From a virus (lineage: Duplodnaviria; Caudoviricetes): a DNA stretch of 30,510 bases. Made by a program: the position numbers and the translations under genes. Numbering within the stretch: the first letter of the stretch is position 1; every line of letters begins with the position of its first letter. The stretch covers positions 1 to 30,510 of the IMG/VR virus record IMGVR_UViG_3300033067_000709, one strand, 5' to 3'. The notes beneath the pieces are model-generated. The model was not told the DNA's origin, did no database searches, and was given only the letters and a program-made list of their open reading frames with translations. Positions 9,036 to 18,412 of the stretch are shown piece after piece.

Positions 9036-9226
9036 GCCTCCCGGAAGGCGTCCATTGGGAGGAATGGAGACTACTTACGGACAAGCGTCTGAATCTTTCC
9101 GTACCTTCCGATCTAAACCGAATGGCATTCATAGAAGGATGCGACGCGCACGCTATCCTAGATGCAATCGAGATAGCGGAAGCGGAAGCGTACGAGAGGT
9201 CTAGGTCTAAGCACAATGGCCCTTAG
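8996..9226 (+). CDS. Tail chaperone extension (-1 frame), probably expressed by frameshift; start approximate
   Basis: The -1 frame is open 8936-9226 across the chaperone stop and fills the gap to the tape measure; candidate slip site A AAG GGA at 8996-9002. Confidence 0.5.
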   Translation, partial: KGRDPRAGESVSLSLPEGVHWEEWRLLTDKRLNLSVPSDLNRMAFIEGCDAHAILDAIEIAEAEAYERSRSKHNGP

Positions 9227-10751
9227 AGAAGTAGCAGCGAAGCTAGGCGTAGACGTTGACTCCAAAGCCTTGGAGGGGTTCATGGGAACCATTGATAAGG
9301 CTAAGGCGAGTCTGTCCGGCCTAGCCGCTGCTTTCGCAGGGTCCGCCGTTGTCGGATTCATTTCCGACCAGATCGACGCAACGGCCGCGATCGGTTCCCT
9401 CGCCACGAAGCTAGGCATGGGAACAGACGAAGTGCAGAAACTTTCGTATGCTCTCGAGAGATCTGGCCTATCCGCGGAGAATGCGGAAAAGGCTATGATC
9501 ATGCTGAATAAGGTTATCGGGGATGCGGTTATTCAGAAGAATACCAAGCGCTTCGATGACATGGGCGTCAAGATCAAGGATGCCAACGGAAAGATCAAGC
9601 CTACGATCGAGGTGCTTCGGAGCGTAGCAGACGCCGCTAAGAAGAGTGGCAACGCTTCCGAAGTAACGTCTATGGCGCTAGCTCTGTTCGGCGAGTCTGC
9701 AAAGGACTTGATTCCTTTGCTTATGAAGGGCTCCGCCGGAGTAGATGAGCTAATGGCTTCGTTCGAAGAAATGGGCGGGGTAATCGAAGCGGACGTAATC
9801 GCGCAAGCTCGTGAGACTAAGAAGGGTCTCAAAGATCTAAAGAGCGCCTTTGGCCGCTTGACAGACAATGCAATCGCGCCGTTGCTTCCACTGCTCGTGG
9901 CCGTCGCAAAGAATCTAGCGAAGTGGAGTGGAGCCTTTGCTAAGGTAATCAAGCACAGCAACGCAATGCGAGTGGCACTGCTAATGCTGGCCGTTGTCGC
10001 CGCGATCAAGCTACTGCCTATGCTTTGGTCCCTTATCAGCACATTCTTTACCCTGTCCACTTCCATCTTTGGCATGGCCGTCCCGTTGTGGCTTGTCATT
10101 GGCGTTCTAGCTATTCTGTTCCTTGCACTGGAGGATCTGTATACCCTCATGACAGGAGGAGACTCCGTCATTGGAACGCTACTAGATCGCTTCGGAGGCC
10201 TAGGGACGAAAGAGAAATTCGTCACATCCCTAAAGGATGCGTGGAAAAAGGTTGTCGACATTTGGGATTCGGCTAAGAAAGCCTTTGACGATCTAGCCGG
10301 TAGCTGGACTAAGGGTGAAGGTGTCCTAGGCCTACTGAAATTCATGATCGATGGCTTGGTGAAGTCGATCCAATTCTTGATCGATGCATACGCTAAGCTA
10401 GGCGGCGCTAAGGGTACGAAGGTGTACACCGGAGCGGAAAAGGACGCTAAGCTAGCGGCCGGAGCCAATGAGCCCGGTACGTTCGGAAAGGCTATCCAAG
10501 GGGTTGCTTCCATCCCTCTTGGTGCAGACGCCGCTGGTATCGGAGTGGCCGGGAATACGTACACCGCGCCCAATTGGCTAAGCAAAGGCATCGGAAAGCT
10601 AGCCGGAGCTCCGACCGTCAACAATACGGGTACGGTAACGATCAACGCTCCTATCACTACCACTAGCGACCCCAAAGAAACGGCGGACGCTATCAAGAAA
10701 ACCAATATGGAAGCGTGGCACGCTATGCCTGGATATGGAGTGCTAAAGTAA
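9216..10751 (+). CDS. Tape measure protein
   Basis: 511 aa, Ala/Lys/Leu-rich helical protein with central hydrophobic segments, EDL....GGDSVIG motif, and synteny. Confidence 0.88.
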   Translation: MALREVAAKLGVDVDSKALEGFMGTIDKAKASLSGLAAAFAGSAVVGFISDQIDATAAIGSLATKLGMGTDEVQKLSYALERSGLSAENAEKAMIMLNKVIGDAVIQKNTKRFDDMGVKIKDANGKIKPTIEVLRSVADAAKKSGNASEVTSMALALFGESAKDLIPLLMKGSAGVDELMASFEEMGGVIEADVIAQARETKKGLKDLKSAFGRLTDNAIAPLLPLLVAVAKNLAKWSGAFAKVIKHSNAMRVALLMLAVVAAIKLLPMLWSLISTFFTLSTSIFGMAVPLWLVIGVLAILFLALEDLYTLMTGGDSVIGTLLDRFGGLGTKEKFVTSLKDAWKKVVDIWDSAKKAFDDLAGSWTKGEGVLGLLKFMIDGLVKSIQFLIDAYAKLGGAKGTKVYTGAEKDAKLAAGANEPGTFGKAIQGVASIPLGADAAGIGVAGNTYTAPNWLSKGIGKLAGAPTVNNTGTVTINAPITTTSDPKETADAIKKTNMEAWHAMPGYGVLK

Positions 10752-10752
10752 C

Positions 10753-11487
10753 ATGGCTGCGAAAAGCTCCGTACTCTGGACGTGGAAGGCAACAACGAAA
10801 AGCCCGGGGGGCGTGCTTTCGTTTGACGCTGTCATGTCTGAGACGTACGAAGAGTCTTCCACGCTAACGGACTTTCCCGTAGAGTCAGGGGCGAACGTAA
10901 CGGATCACATCCGAGACCAACCTAGGAAGGTTTCCTTTGAGGTGCTGGTTACGGATACGCCGCATGTCTCAGACAACCGCGTCAATCCGGACGCCGGGCC
11001 CCGTGGAGCCCTTGTCAGCGTGCCACTGGACATCCCAGCGGCCCCCACGCAACGCAACTTCCTAGGGCTTGCTAGGCTGGCCTTGGGAGCCCTCGGGTTG
11101 CGAGGAAAGAAAGACTCTAGCGCTACACTGCTGAAATTCACGTCTGAGTTTTCAGCTATCTCAGACACTCTAGAAGTCCTCTCTAAGCTACGCAAAGAGG
11201 GTAGACTAATCGACGTTGTGTCTCGAGATTGGTTCGCAGAGGGAATGGTAATCGAGTCTATCAGCAAGCCTCGAAAGACCGATGACGGTATGTCCTCCAC
11301 GTTCAATGTCACACTAAAGGAAATCAGGATCGTAGAGACTCGCCAAACGGTTGCGGCCGTACCGGCGGAGCCACGCGCAAAGGGTAAGTTGGACGCGGGT
11401 AAGAAGGATGGGACGGACGCTAGCGGTAAGAAGAAACAGTCTCTATCGTTTCAGGGACTAAAATACATTGGCGCTCCAGGGTTCTAG
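10753..11487 (+). CDS. Baseplate/tail-tube initiator protein
   Basis: FDAV.SE....TDFPVESGANVTDH and LKEIRIV motifs; follows the tape measure. Confidence 0.8.
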   Translation: MAAKSSVLWTWKATTKSPGGVLSFDAVMSETYEESSTLTDFPVESGANVTDHIRDQPRKVSFEVLVTDTPHVSDNRVNPDAGPRGALVSVPLDIPAAPTQRNFLGLARLALGALGLRGKKDSSATLLKFTSEFSAISDTLEVLSKLRKEGRLIDVVSRDWFAEGMVIESISKPRKTDDGMSSTFNVTLKEIRIVETRQTVAAVPAEPRAKGKLDAGKKDGTDASGKKKQSLSFQGLKYIGAPGF

Positions 11488-11489
11488 CC

Positions 11490-11834
11490 ATGATCTCTAT
11501 CCCTATCAGCGATGCTACTTTCTGGACGCAAGTCACAGAGCTTGACGGCACGAACTATTTGCTACGCTTCCGGTACAATACCAGAGAGGCGAGCTACTAC
11601 ATGGACCTAGCGGAAGAAGACGGGACAGACATTTCCGTTGGATGCAAAGTCATTGTGGATGTTCCGCTATTCTCCAATTGCGTCAAGAGCACGAAGCCTC
11701 CCGGCAAGTTGATTGTCCTTACCTCCAATGGAGACACCACTAACCCTGCTTTGGGGGAGCTAGGTATCGGCCTCCGATGCGAGCTATGGTATTACACCGC
11801 TAGCGACCTAGCCAACATTGCGGCCGTAGCATGA
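11490..11834 (+). CDS. Small baseplate protein
   Basis: LDG..Y.LRFRYN.R...YMDL motif; synteny. Confidence 0.75.
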   Translation: MISIPISDATFWTQVTELDGTNYLLRFRYNTREASYYMDLAEEDGTDISVGCKVIVDVPLFSNCVKSTKPPGKLIVLTSNGDTTNPALGELGIGLRCELWYYTASDLANIAAVA

Positions 11835-12667
11835 GACTGTTTCAGCGTGCATGGCATATCGCCGTCAACGATGTTCTAATCTCGGATCAAGAGACAGGGC
11901 TAGCATGCGACTTTAGCGTCAAGAAAACGCTAAAACCGGATCCGAATACGGCCAGCGTAAAGATCTATAACCTCTCCAAAGCGACGCGCGAGAAGTTGAC
12001 CAATCCTAAGCGCGCCTCGCTACGCATAGAAGCGGGGTACGTGGAGAGGCTTTCACAGATCTACCTAGGGGATGTGCGAGCGCTATCACCGGGAGAGATT
12101 AGAGGGCCGGACATTATCACAGAGCTTAGCTCGGGTGACGGCGGGCAAGAGATACAGAAGGCCAACTTGCAGATCCCGATCGGGGCAAAGACCCCCAACG
12201 GTACCGCCCTGACGGCCATTGCAAAGGCTTTGGGGGTCGGGCTAGGCAACGTGCCGAAGGTGTCCGCCGCGCTCGCTAGCAAGGGCTCCGCGGTCTTCCC
12301 ACGTGGCACAGTCCTAACCGGCAACGTCTCGAGAGTGCTTTCGGATTTCTGCCGTTCGGCAGGACTAGAGTGGAGTGTCCAAGATGGGGTTATTCAAATC
12401 CTAGATCTAGGCAAGGGGCTAGAGACTAACCCTTATGTGCTTAGTTCAGACAGCGGAATGATTGGTGCGCCGGCCATTGGAAGCGACGGTAAAGTGTCCG
12501 TTTCGACGCTTATGCTACCGGAGCTCCGGCCTGGAATGCGAGTAATGTTTGAGACTTTCGCAGTAAACGGAGTCTACCGGATCTCCGAAGCGGAGTATCA
12601 AGGCTCCACGCATGGCAATGAGTGGACGATCAAACTTTCTTGCGAAAAGCCTAAGGTTGCACCATGA
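11831..12667 (+). CDS. Baseplate hub protein
   Basis: PNTASVKIYNLS, IEAGY, WSVQDG and SGMIGAP motifs. Confidence 0.85.
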   Translation: MRLFQRAWHIAVNDVLISDQETGLACDFSVKKTLKPDPNTASVKIYNLSKATREKLTNPKRASLRIEAGYVERLSQIYLGDVRALSPGEIRGPDIITELSSGDGGQEIQKANLQIPIGAKTPNGTALTAIAKALGVGLGNVPKVSAALASKGSAVFPRGTVLTGNVSRVLSDFCRSAGLEWSVQDGVIQILDLGKGLETNPYVLSSDSGMIGAPAIGSDGKVSVSTLMLPELRPGMRVMFETFAVNGVYRISEAEYQGSTHGNEWTIKLSCEKPKVAP

Positions 12668-13344
12668 CGGAAATGGTAGACGTACTAGAAGCTTTCCGCG
12701 AAGCCATGCAACGCAACATGCATACGGCTATGCCTGGAGTCGTGGTATCTTACAACCACGATAAGAAGACAGCCAACGTAAAACCTACGTGCCAACAACC
12801 CGTAAAGGTGACTGGAGAGCATCCCACCGACGAGCAAGGGTTTACCTATGTCGAGCTACCTACAATCCCGGATGTCCCTGTTTCGTTCCCTAGTGGTGGC
12901 GGTTTCTATGTCGTGTTTCCCTTGCAACCGGGAGACGCGGTTTTCCTTGTCTTCTCCGAAACCCCAATGGGAGAGTACCTACTAAACGGTACGGTGGGCG
13001 CAAAGCCACTGGACACTAGGCGTCACTCGCTAGGCTATCCTATGGCTATCCCGGGAGGCGCGCGCCCCGATAGCAAAGCCATTGTGGACAGTAGCGCTAC
13101 AGACTTGATCGTTGGCAACGATGGCACGGACTCTCAGATCAAGGTTAGCGCTACCGACATTCAGATCGGTAAGGGAGCAACCGATTTCGTCGCGCTAGCT
13201 AGCAAGGTTCTAACGGAGCTAAACTCTATCCGATCGCAATTCAACTTGCACGTACACGTAGAGACAGGCGCAAGCACGAACACTCCAACCGTTCCAATGA
13301 CGGCACCTAATTCGGTTGCAGCAACGATCGCCAAAGCCAAATGA
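12664..13344 (+). CDS. Gp138-like baseplate spike
   Basis: HTAMPG.VVSY, IPDVPV.FP.GGG, P..PGD...LVF, RRHSL and a C-terminal HVH metal-binding tip. Confidence 0.88.
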   Translation: MTEMVDVLEAFREAMQRNMHTAMPGVVVSYNHDKKTANVKPTCQQPVKVTGEHPTDEQGFTYVELPTIPDVPVSFPSGGGFYVVFPLQPGDAVFLVFSETPMGEYLLNGTVGAKPLDTRRHSLGYPMAIPGGARPDSKAIVDSSATDLIVGNDGTDSQIKVSATDIQIGKGATDFVALASKVLTELNSIRSQFNLHVHVETGASTNTPTVPMTAPNSVAATIAKAK

Positions 13345-13760
13345 TAACCGTAAAGACAGACGCCAACAATGATCTAGAGCTAGTGACGAACCCCGTTACT
13401 GGTAAGCGCAATCTGTCTTACGAGAGAGATCAAGTGGTCGCGGGTATCCTGAAACTCTACCGACGCTTCCGCTTCTTTGAGGGTGAGTGGTTCCTAGATA
13501 AGAGACAGGGAGTACCTTACTACAAATACTTTTTCGTAAAGAATCCGGACTTTACGATCCTCCGTACGCTTGTCCGTAAAGTGATCCTCTCTGTGAAGGT
13601 CATTGCTACCGTTGACAGCGTGCCATTCTCCTACACGAACGCGACCCGCACGGCTGAATTCTCTTTCGAGGCTACCGCCGTCGACGGGCGCAAAGTGAGC
13701 GGCGGGGTAGATAAGCCTTTCATTGTTGACGGCAAAGACATCCATAGGAGCGAAGCCTAA
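13341..13760 (+). CDS. Baseplate wedge/sheath initiator-like protein
   Basis: FEGEWFLD..QGVPY motif; synteny. Confidence 0.8.
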   Translation: MITVKTDANNDLELVTNPVTGKRNLSYERDQVVAGILKLYRRFRFFEGEWFLDKRQGVPYYKYFFVKNPDFTILRTLVRKVILSVKVIATVDSVPFSYTNATRTAEFSFEATAVDGRKVSGGVDKPFIVDGKDIHRSEA

Positions 13761-14932
13761 TGGCATACGGACTAACCGACGCTGGCTTTACTCCGGCAAC
13801 GCTAGAAGAGGTCAAGCTAGATCTAGAGACGGACATGCTAGGAGATGTCGCCTCCGATCTAGACCTAGATCCGGATGAGCCTATTGGACAACATATCGGT
13901 ATCTTCTCCAGTAAGCTAGCCGAAGTGTGGGAGCTTATGGACGTGGCTATGGGAGCCTTTGACGATACCAAGGCCGAAGGCTCGCTACTGGACGCGCTAT
14001 GTGCGCTGACAGGAACCAAGAGGCCGGCGGACGCTAAGGGTACCGTTACAGTGACTTGCACTATCACTAGTGGCACGGTCCTCCCGGATACCGTCACTGT
14101 CAGCGATCCGCTAGACCCTAGCAATACTTGGAAGCTAAAGACGGCGTATACCGCCACGTACACAGGCGCGCACGATCTGGTGTTCGAATGCACGCGCGTG
14201 GGGGCCGTTCCTGCACTTGCCGGAGCCCTCACCGTCATTGATACCCCGGTCGCAGGATGGTCGGCCGCATCCAACGGGCTCGATGCCGCTCCGGGCCGTC
14301 TAGAGGCTAAGGATTCGGAGCTACGTCTGCTCCGTCGAGCCGAGCTACCTTCACAGGGAGACTGTTCTGTCCCGGCCCTACGCGCCGCGCTATTGCAAGT
14401 GACGGGTGTCGTTAGCGCGAACGTGAAACAGAATACGTCTATGGTGACGGACTCCAGTGGCCGGCCACCGAAGGCTATCGAGGCCATCATTTGGGATGGC
14501 ATCACACCCGCTGCATTGGACGCGAGTATTATCGAAACGATCTTCAAGAATACCGCTGGCGGTATCGAGTCTCACGGCGATACGGTAGGCACGTATACCG
14601 ATGCCTATGGAGAGGTTTACACCGTCAAGTTTACCCGCGTGACGCAAGTTGCTTTCACGGTAACCATTACCGTCACCCAAGATCCGGAAGCGGATCCGTA
14701 TAGCTCCGCTGATATCAAGGCTGCTATCGTAGAGTACGGTAACACCGCGCATAAGTCCGGAGCAACGGTGGTAATCGAAAAGATCAAGGCGATTGCTCTA
14801 ACCATTCCTGGTGTGTTCGATGTCACTGCATGCACGCTAGACACTCCAAGCATTAGCCCAACTACTGGCAACGTCACTCTAGCGGAGAATGAGTTTCCAG
14901 TGTTCGACACCTCTCGGGTAACTGTCTCATGA
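13760..14932 (+). CDS. Baseplate J-like wedge protein
   Basis: YGLT..GF, AEG..LD.L, G...E.DSELR.R and PPKAIEA motifs. Confidence 0.88.
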   Translation: MAYGLTDAGFTPATLEEVKLDLETDMLGDVASDLDLDPDEPIGQHIGIFSSKLAEVWELMDVAMGAFDDTKAEGSLLDALCALTGTKRPADAKGTVTVTCTITSGTVLPDTVTVSDPLDPSNTWKLKTAYTATYTGAHDLVFECTRVGAVPALAGALTVIDTPVAGWSAASNGLDAAPGRLEAKDSELRLLRRAELPSQGDCSVPALRAALLQVTGVVSANVKQNTSMVTDSSGRPPKAIEAIIWDGITPAALDASIIETIFKNTAGGIESHGDTVGTYTDAYGEVYTVKFTRVTQVAFTVTITVTQDPEADPYSSADIKAAIVEYGNTAHKSGATVVIEKIKAIALTIPGVFDVTACTLDTPSISPTTGNVTLAENEFPVFDTSRVTVS

Positions 14933-15537
14933 TTCCCACCCTAAACAGTAGCTACGTGACGGAGGCGAAAAACCGTCTTATTAGCATGTATAAGGGCCGC
15001 CCCATTGTGGAAGGTATGCTAACCGCATACGTGAAACAGATCCAGCGCATTGAAAATGCGCTATGGGATATCATCCTGAATAGGAATCTCGAGACTACTA
15101 ACAGCGCATGCCTGGACGGCATCGGTACGATCTTGCAAGAGGAGCGTAAGGGGCGCACGAACGATGAATATCGAGCGGCCCTTCGCATTCGGCAATTGGT
15201 GCTACGCTCGCAAGGCAAGCGACATCAACTAAGCCAAATCATTAGCCTGTCAGCGGCCGGTTCTACTTGGCGCTATTGGGATGCCTACCCCGCTGGTTTC
15301 TTCGTCTACTTCGCTGGTACCTTCCAAGCCTTCAAGGCCCTAGCCAAAGGCCTTAGAGACGCCAAAGCGTCCGGAGTGGAGGGCCAACTTTCGTGGTACA
15401 CTACCCCTTCGGATCTGTTCGTGTGGGGGGATTCTACAGGTGGGACCACTTCGCCCTTGACGGCTAAGGGTTTCGCCTCCACGGACGGGCTACCGCTAGC
15501 AGTGTACGCACACGTTGATTCCCTGGAGTATCCCTAA
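14929..15537 (+). CDS. Baseplate wedge protein (DUF2612-like)
   Basis: LDGIG.I...R.GR.NDEYR motif; follows J. Confidence 0.75.
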   Translation: MIPTLNSSYVTEAKNRLISMYKGRPIVEGMLTAYVKQIQRIENALWDIILNRNLETTNSACLDGIGTILQEERKGRTNDEYRAALRIRQLVLRSQGKRHQLSQIISLSAAGSTWRYWDAYPAGFFVYFAGTFQAFKALAKGLRDAKASGVEGQLSWYTTPSDLFVWGDSTGGTTSPLTAKGFASTDGLPLAVYAHVDSLEYP

Positions 15538-16808
15538 TGGCTAACATCCCTACCGTTCGCGCTATTGCCGCCGATGCCAACTATCCCGCCGGTACGGATG
15601 CGTGGTCCGCTACTCCTACGAAGGTGGCTCCGCCGGGCTCGCTAGCTACTACTGGATACGTTCCTGGAGTGGCCGTCAACGCGCAACATGAAAACTATCT
15701 CAAAGATGAAATCTTTGACCACGTTAGGGACTTGCAAGGCCGGGCCGTTATCAAGCAAGCGGCGTCCGGAGGGCCGTTGTTTACTTGGATGCTTGGCGCA
15801 TACATGCCGCAAATCAATTGTTACGTTTCGGCATCGGATTCCGCAGGTACGCCCAAGATCGCTAAGTACGCTCCGAACGATCTATCGAAGAAGGTTGCTA
15901 CCGCCACCACGATCCCGGCGTACAACAACCGCTTTGCTTATGATAATACCACTAAAACACTAGCGTGCTTTCCAAGCCCGTTGTCTGGCTCGTCCGGGAA
16001 TGTCAGCATTATTGCGGACGTAAAAGCGCTTACGTACACGACGGCGGCAGCACCTACGCTAAACGCTCGTTACCAGGATGCTTGTCAAGATCAAGTGACG
16101 GGCCGGGTAGTGCTAGCCGCCGGCCTCAATAGCGGTACTCCTGTCTATGGAATTGCTTACGGCCAGCCTAGCGCTCTAAGCTGGACTCCGGCCCCTACCG
16201 GATGGGTTTCGGATGCTCGTACGTGGGTTGCGTCCAGTCCTACTGAGACGCGCGTTTTCTCGTCCGCAAAGACTTACGAGACAGCGAACGGAGGCGCAAC
16301 CGTTCCGGCCGTCTGCTCTAATACCACTTGGACGGCTGGACTACCCGCCGGGTCCGTAATGTATCGGCCCACTTGGGATCCTACCTATAACCGTTGGATC
16401 TGCTCCACGCATGACACCGGAAGCCATGCCCTAGCGTCCGCTTCCTCGCGTCTATGGACTAGCTCGGATGGAATCACTTGGACGACGCTAAACGCATTCA
16501 CGAAGTATGCATTCGTCGATCTGCTAGCACACAAGGGATGGCTATTCGGGATTGCCGTCGAGCTAGATCTAGCGGCCGATGCTGGCCACGCTGGCCTAGT
16601 GGTTCTCTACTCCAACGATGGGGGTAGCACGTGGAAGCATACGGGATGCATTCTAAGCATGAATCCCCCGGCGGACGTTACTACGTCTCTCACCCCACAC
16701 GAAGCCCGGCTAGTGGCTTGCGATGACATCTTGCTAGCCACCACGTACCGCGCGCTAGGCTCCGCAGATTTTGAATACGTGGCTATACAGACGGGTAGCA
16801 CCTACTGA
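15537..16808 (+). CDS. Tail fibre/receptor-binding protein with Asp-box beta-propeller
   Basis: N-terminal GY.PG...AQHENY baseplate-anchor-like segment; Asp-boxes WTSSDGITW and YSNDGGSTW. Confidence 0.7.
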   Translation: MANIPTVRAIAADANYPAGTDAWSATPTKVAPPGSLATTGYVPGVAVNAQHENYLKDEIFDHVRDLQGRAVIKQAASGGPLFTWMLGAYMPQINCYVSASDSAGTPKIAKYAPNDLSKKVATATTIPAYNNRFAYDNTTKTLACFPSPLSGSSGNVSIIADVKALTYTTAAAPTLNARYQDACQDQVTGRVVLAAGLNSGTPVYGIAYGQPSALSWTPAPTGWVSDARTWVASSPTETRVFSSAKTYETANGGATVPAVCSNTTWTAGLPAGSVMYRPTWDPTYNRWICSTHDTGSHALASASSRLWTSSDGITWTTLNAFTKYAFVDLLAHKGWLFGIAVELDLAADAGHAGLVVLYSNDGGSTWKHTGCILSMNPPADVTTSLTPHEARLVACDDILLATTYRALGSADFEYVAIQTGSTY

Positions 16809-17388
16809 GATAGGCAAGGTCTAGAAGCACGTTCCGGAATTCTATGGGTGTAGCCCGGAGCTCCGCGCCATGCAATTTCGATCTTGCTTCGCCCCTCTTA
16901 CGCTCCCGGCAATTGTCGATCCGGTGCTTGCCGCTAGAGGGACCCCAAACCAAATCCTTGGGCTGTCTAACTCCAACGTAATAGAGCCAAGTTGCTTTGC
17001 GTGCTCTGTGTCCGTAGTGGCCCTGTTCGACGCAGCAAACCCACCCAAGGCCGGAGCGGATCCAACCCCCATTGCGTGGAGGCTTGGCTAGTCCGTGCGC
17101 CTTGAATGCGTGCGTCGCCTCCGGATGCTCGAGCACCCCACCGCATCGGTTGACGGCTGCTAGCGCCGCTGCAAAGCACCCTCCGTCGTCGCCTAACACT
17201 TTCTGCTTAGGTGTGCCGTGGAGCATCGGCCCTCCGCCCCAATAGCGCCCCCATCTTTCACAGGGAGGGTGCGCCACTACAGGCAGATTACCAGAGTAAG
17301 TCCTAGCGTCTCTTGAGACGTCCCACGCATCCACATTGGGAATGCAGTAGACTCCCGGCCGTTCCACGAACAACGCTGCTACTAGCAT
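16783..17388 (-). CDS. Short DNA cytosine-C5 methyltransferase-like protein
   Basis: AHPPC (motif IV-like), VLEHP (motif VI-like), GH.ARKATWL (motif VIII-like); motif I is degenerate (LFVERPG). Confidence 0.6.
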   Translation of the reverse strand: MLVAALFVERPGVYCIPNVDAWDVSRDARTYSGNLPVVAHPPCERWGRYWGGGPMLHGTPKQKVLGDDGGCFAAALAAVNRCGGVLEHPEATHAFKAHGLAKPPRNGGWIRSGLGWVCCVEQGHYGHRARKATWLYYVGVRQPKDLVWGPSSGKHRIDNCRERKRGEARSKLHGAELRATPIEFRNVLLDLAYLSRCYPSV

Positions 17389-17390
17389 GG

Positions 17391-17828
17391 CTAACGGCGC
17401 AAGCGCTGCAAGTGGAAGAGTCCAAGCCCGATCGCGTCCACCATGTTATGATCGTGCGACGGGAGGATCCTAGTCTTCTCGTCTGCCGTCAAGAGAGCCA
17501 GTACGCGGCGATTGTGAATCTCTTTCGAGACTTGGCCTTTCCAATCTTTGGGAAGCACCTTGCGAACGGTAGCGCCGCGTCGCGAGAACCTTTCGATCCA
17601 TTGGCCGGCGTTTACCGCAACCTTGATTAGATCGTTAGGGTCTCCGACGCTTTGCCCCGCTCGGTAGACTTGCGGTATCTCGATAATGAGGGTGGAATAC
17701 GGGCGATCGTCCACTGCTAGCCATGCCTCCACGCTAGTGGTTCCGGCGTAGTGAAGTAGTCCAGTAACAGGGTTGAACGTTGCCCACCCTGTAGTGTTAC
17801 CAGGGTCGATAGCGATCAATTCTTCCAT
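17391..17828 (-). CDS. RuvC-like Holliday junction resolvase
   Basis: IAIDPG..TGWA, IIE.P, P..WKG and DAIGLG RNase-H-fold motifs. Confidence 0.8.
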   Translation of the reverse strand: MEELIAIDPGNTTGWATFNPVTGLLHYAGTTSVEAWLAVDDRPYSTLIIEIPQVYRAGQSVGDPNDLIKVAVNAGQWIERFSRRGATVRKVLPKDWKGQVSKEIHNRRVLALLTADEKTRILPSHDHNMVDAIGLGLFHLQRLRR

Positions 17829-17835
17829 TGGTGTC

Positions 17836-18384
17836 CTAGTGCGTCGTGATTGGTTCGGACTTCTCTAGCATGCTTCCGAGGGCCGATAGCTCTTCTTCCG
17901 ATAGGTGGGAAAGGTCCGGCCCGTTCTCTTGGATGTTCTCCGTTGACTCGCCACGGATTAGCCTGTCAAGCTTAGTAGCGGACTCAATCAAGGCGAACAG
18001 ATCTCGTGGCCGTAGCACTTCTCCGGCGGACTCTGCAACCGTTGCTTGGAGTTTGGAAATCTCACGATAGGCAACGTCTCTCGAGATTGCCAGGATCCGC
18101 ATATGCTCCGCGGTAATCTCTTTCGCGCTTTGGCGTAGGAATGCCTCTCGCTCCCTTAGACGGATTCCGTCTAGGTGTCGATCGTACTCCGTCACTCTCT
18201 CATTCCAGTAGTGTTCGCGCATCCAAGCGGCCACCTTGATAGGAGACACTGCGCGCCCCTTGACGAATACTTGGAGCCCTCTGCGGGGTGGGTTCTGGTC
18301 GCGATATTCGACGAACACGGCCCACGATTCGTCCGAATCGTACGGCTGGCGTTCCCACGGATCTAGGGGCCTTGCGGCGGACAT
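17836..18384 (-). CDS. Putative terminase small subunit
   Basis: WERQP..S..W..F..YRD N-terminus, W.ER...YD, and C-terminal DLSHLSEEEL, as in terS-like phage proteins. Confidence 0.6.
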   Translation of the reverse strand: MSAARPLDPWERQPYDSDESWAVFVEYRDQNPPRRGLQVFVKGRAVSPIKVAAWMREHYWNERVTEYDRHLDGIRLREREAFLRQSAKEITAEHMRILAISRDVAYREISKLQATVAESAGEVLRPRDLFALIESATKLDRLIRGESTENIQENGPDLSHLSEEELSALGSMLEKSEPITTH

Positions 18385-18412
18385 AGCACCATTGTAGCAC
18401 TATCCTACCAGC
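18385..18412. promoter_or_regulatory. Back-to-back leaderless-type promoters for terS-like (-) and portal (+)
   Basis: - strand TGcTACAAT(18396-18391)-ggtgct-ATG; + strand TATCCT(18401-18406)-accagc-ATG. Confidence 0.6.

Noticed and set aside
9533-10795. 420-aa antisense ORF over the tape measure gene
   Set aside because: Shadow of a biased coding strand; Ser/Pro/Phe-rich mirror composition with no motifs.
13720-14547. 275-aa antisense ORF over baseplate J (likewise 25502..26068 over the polymerase)
   Set aside because: Entirely overlaps a well-supported gene; no independent signals.
16783-17828. Nuclease plus MTase pair as a restriction-modification system
   Set aside because: The nuclease has RuvC/RNase-H resolvase motifs rather than restriction-enzyme motifs; adjacency alone is insufficient.
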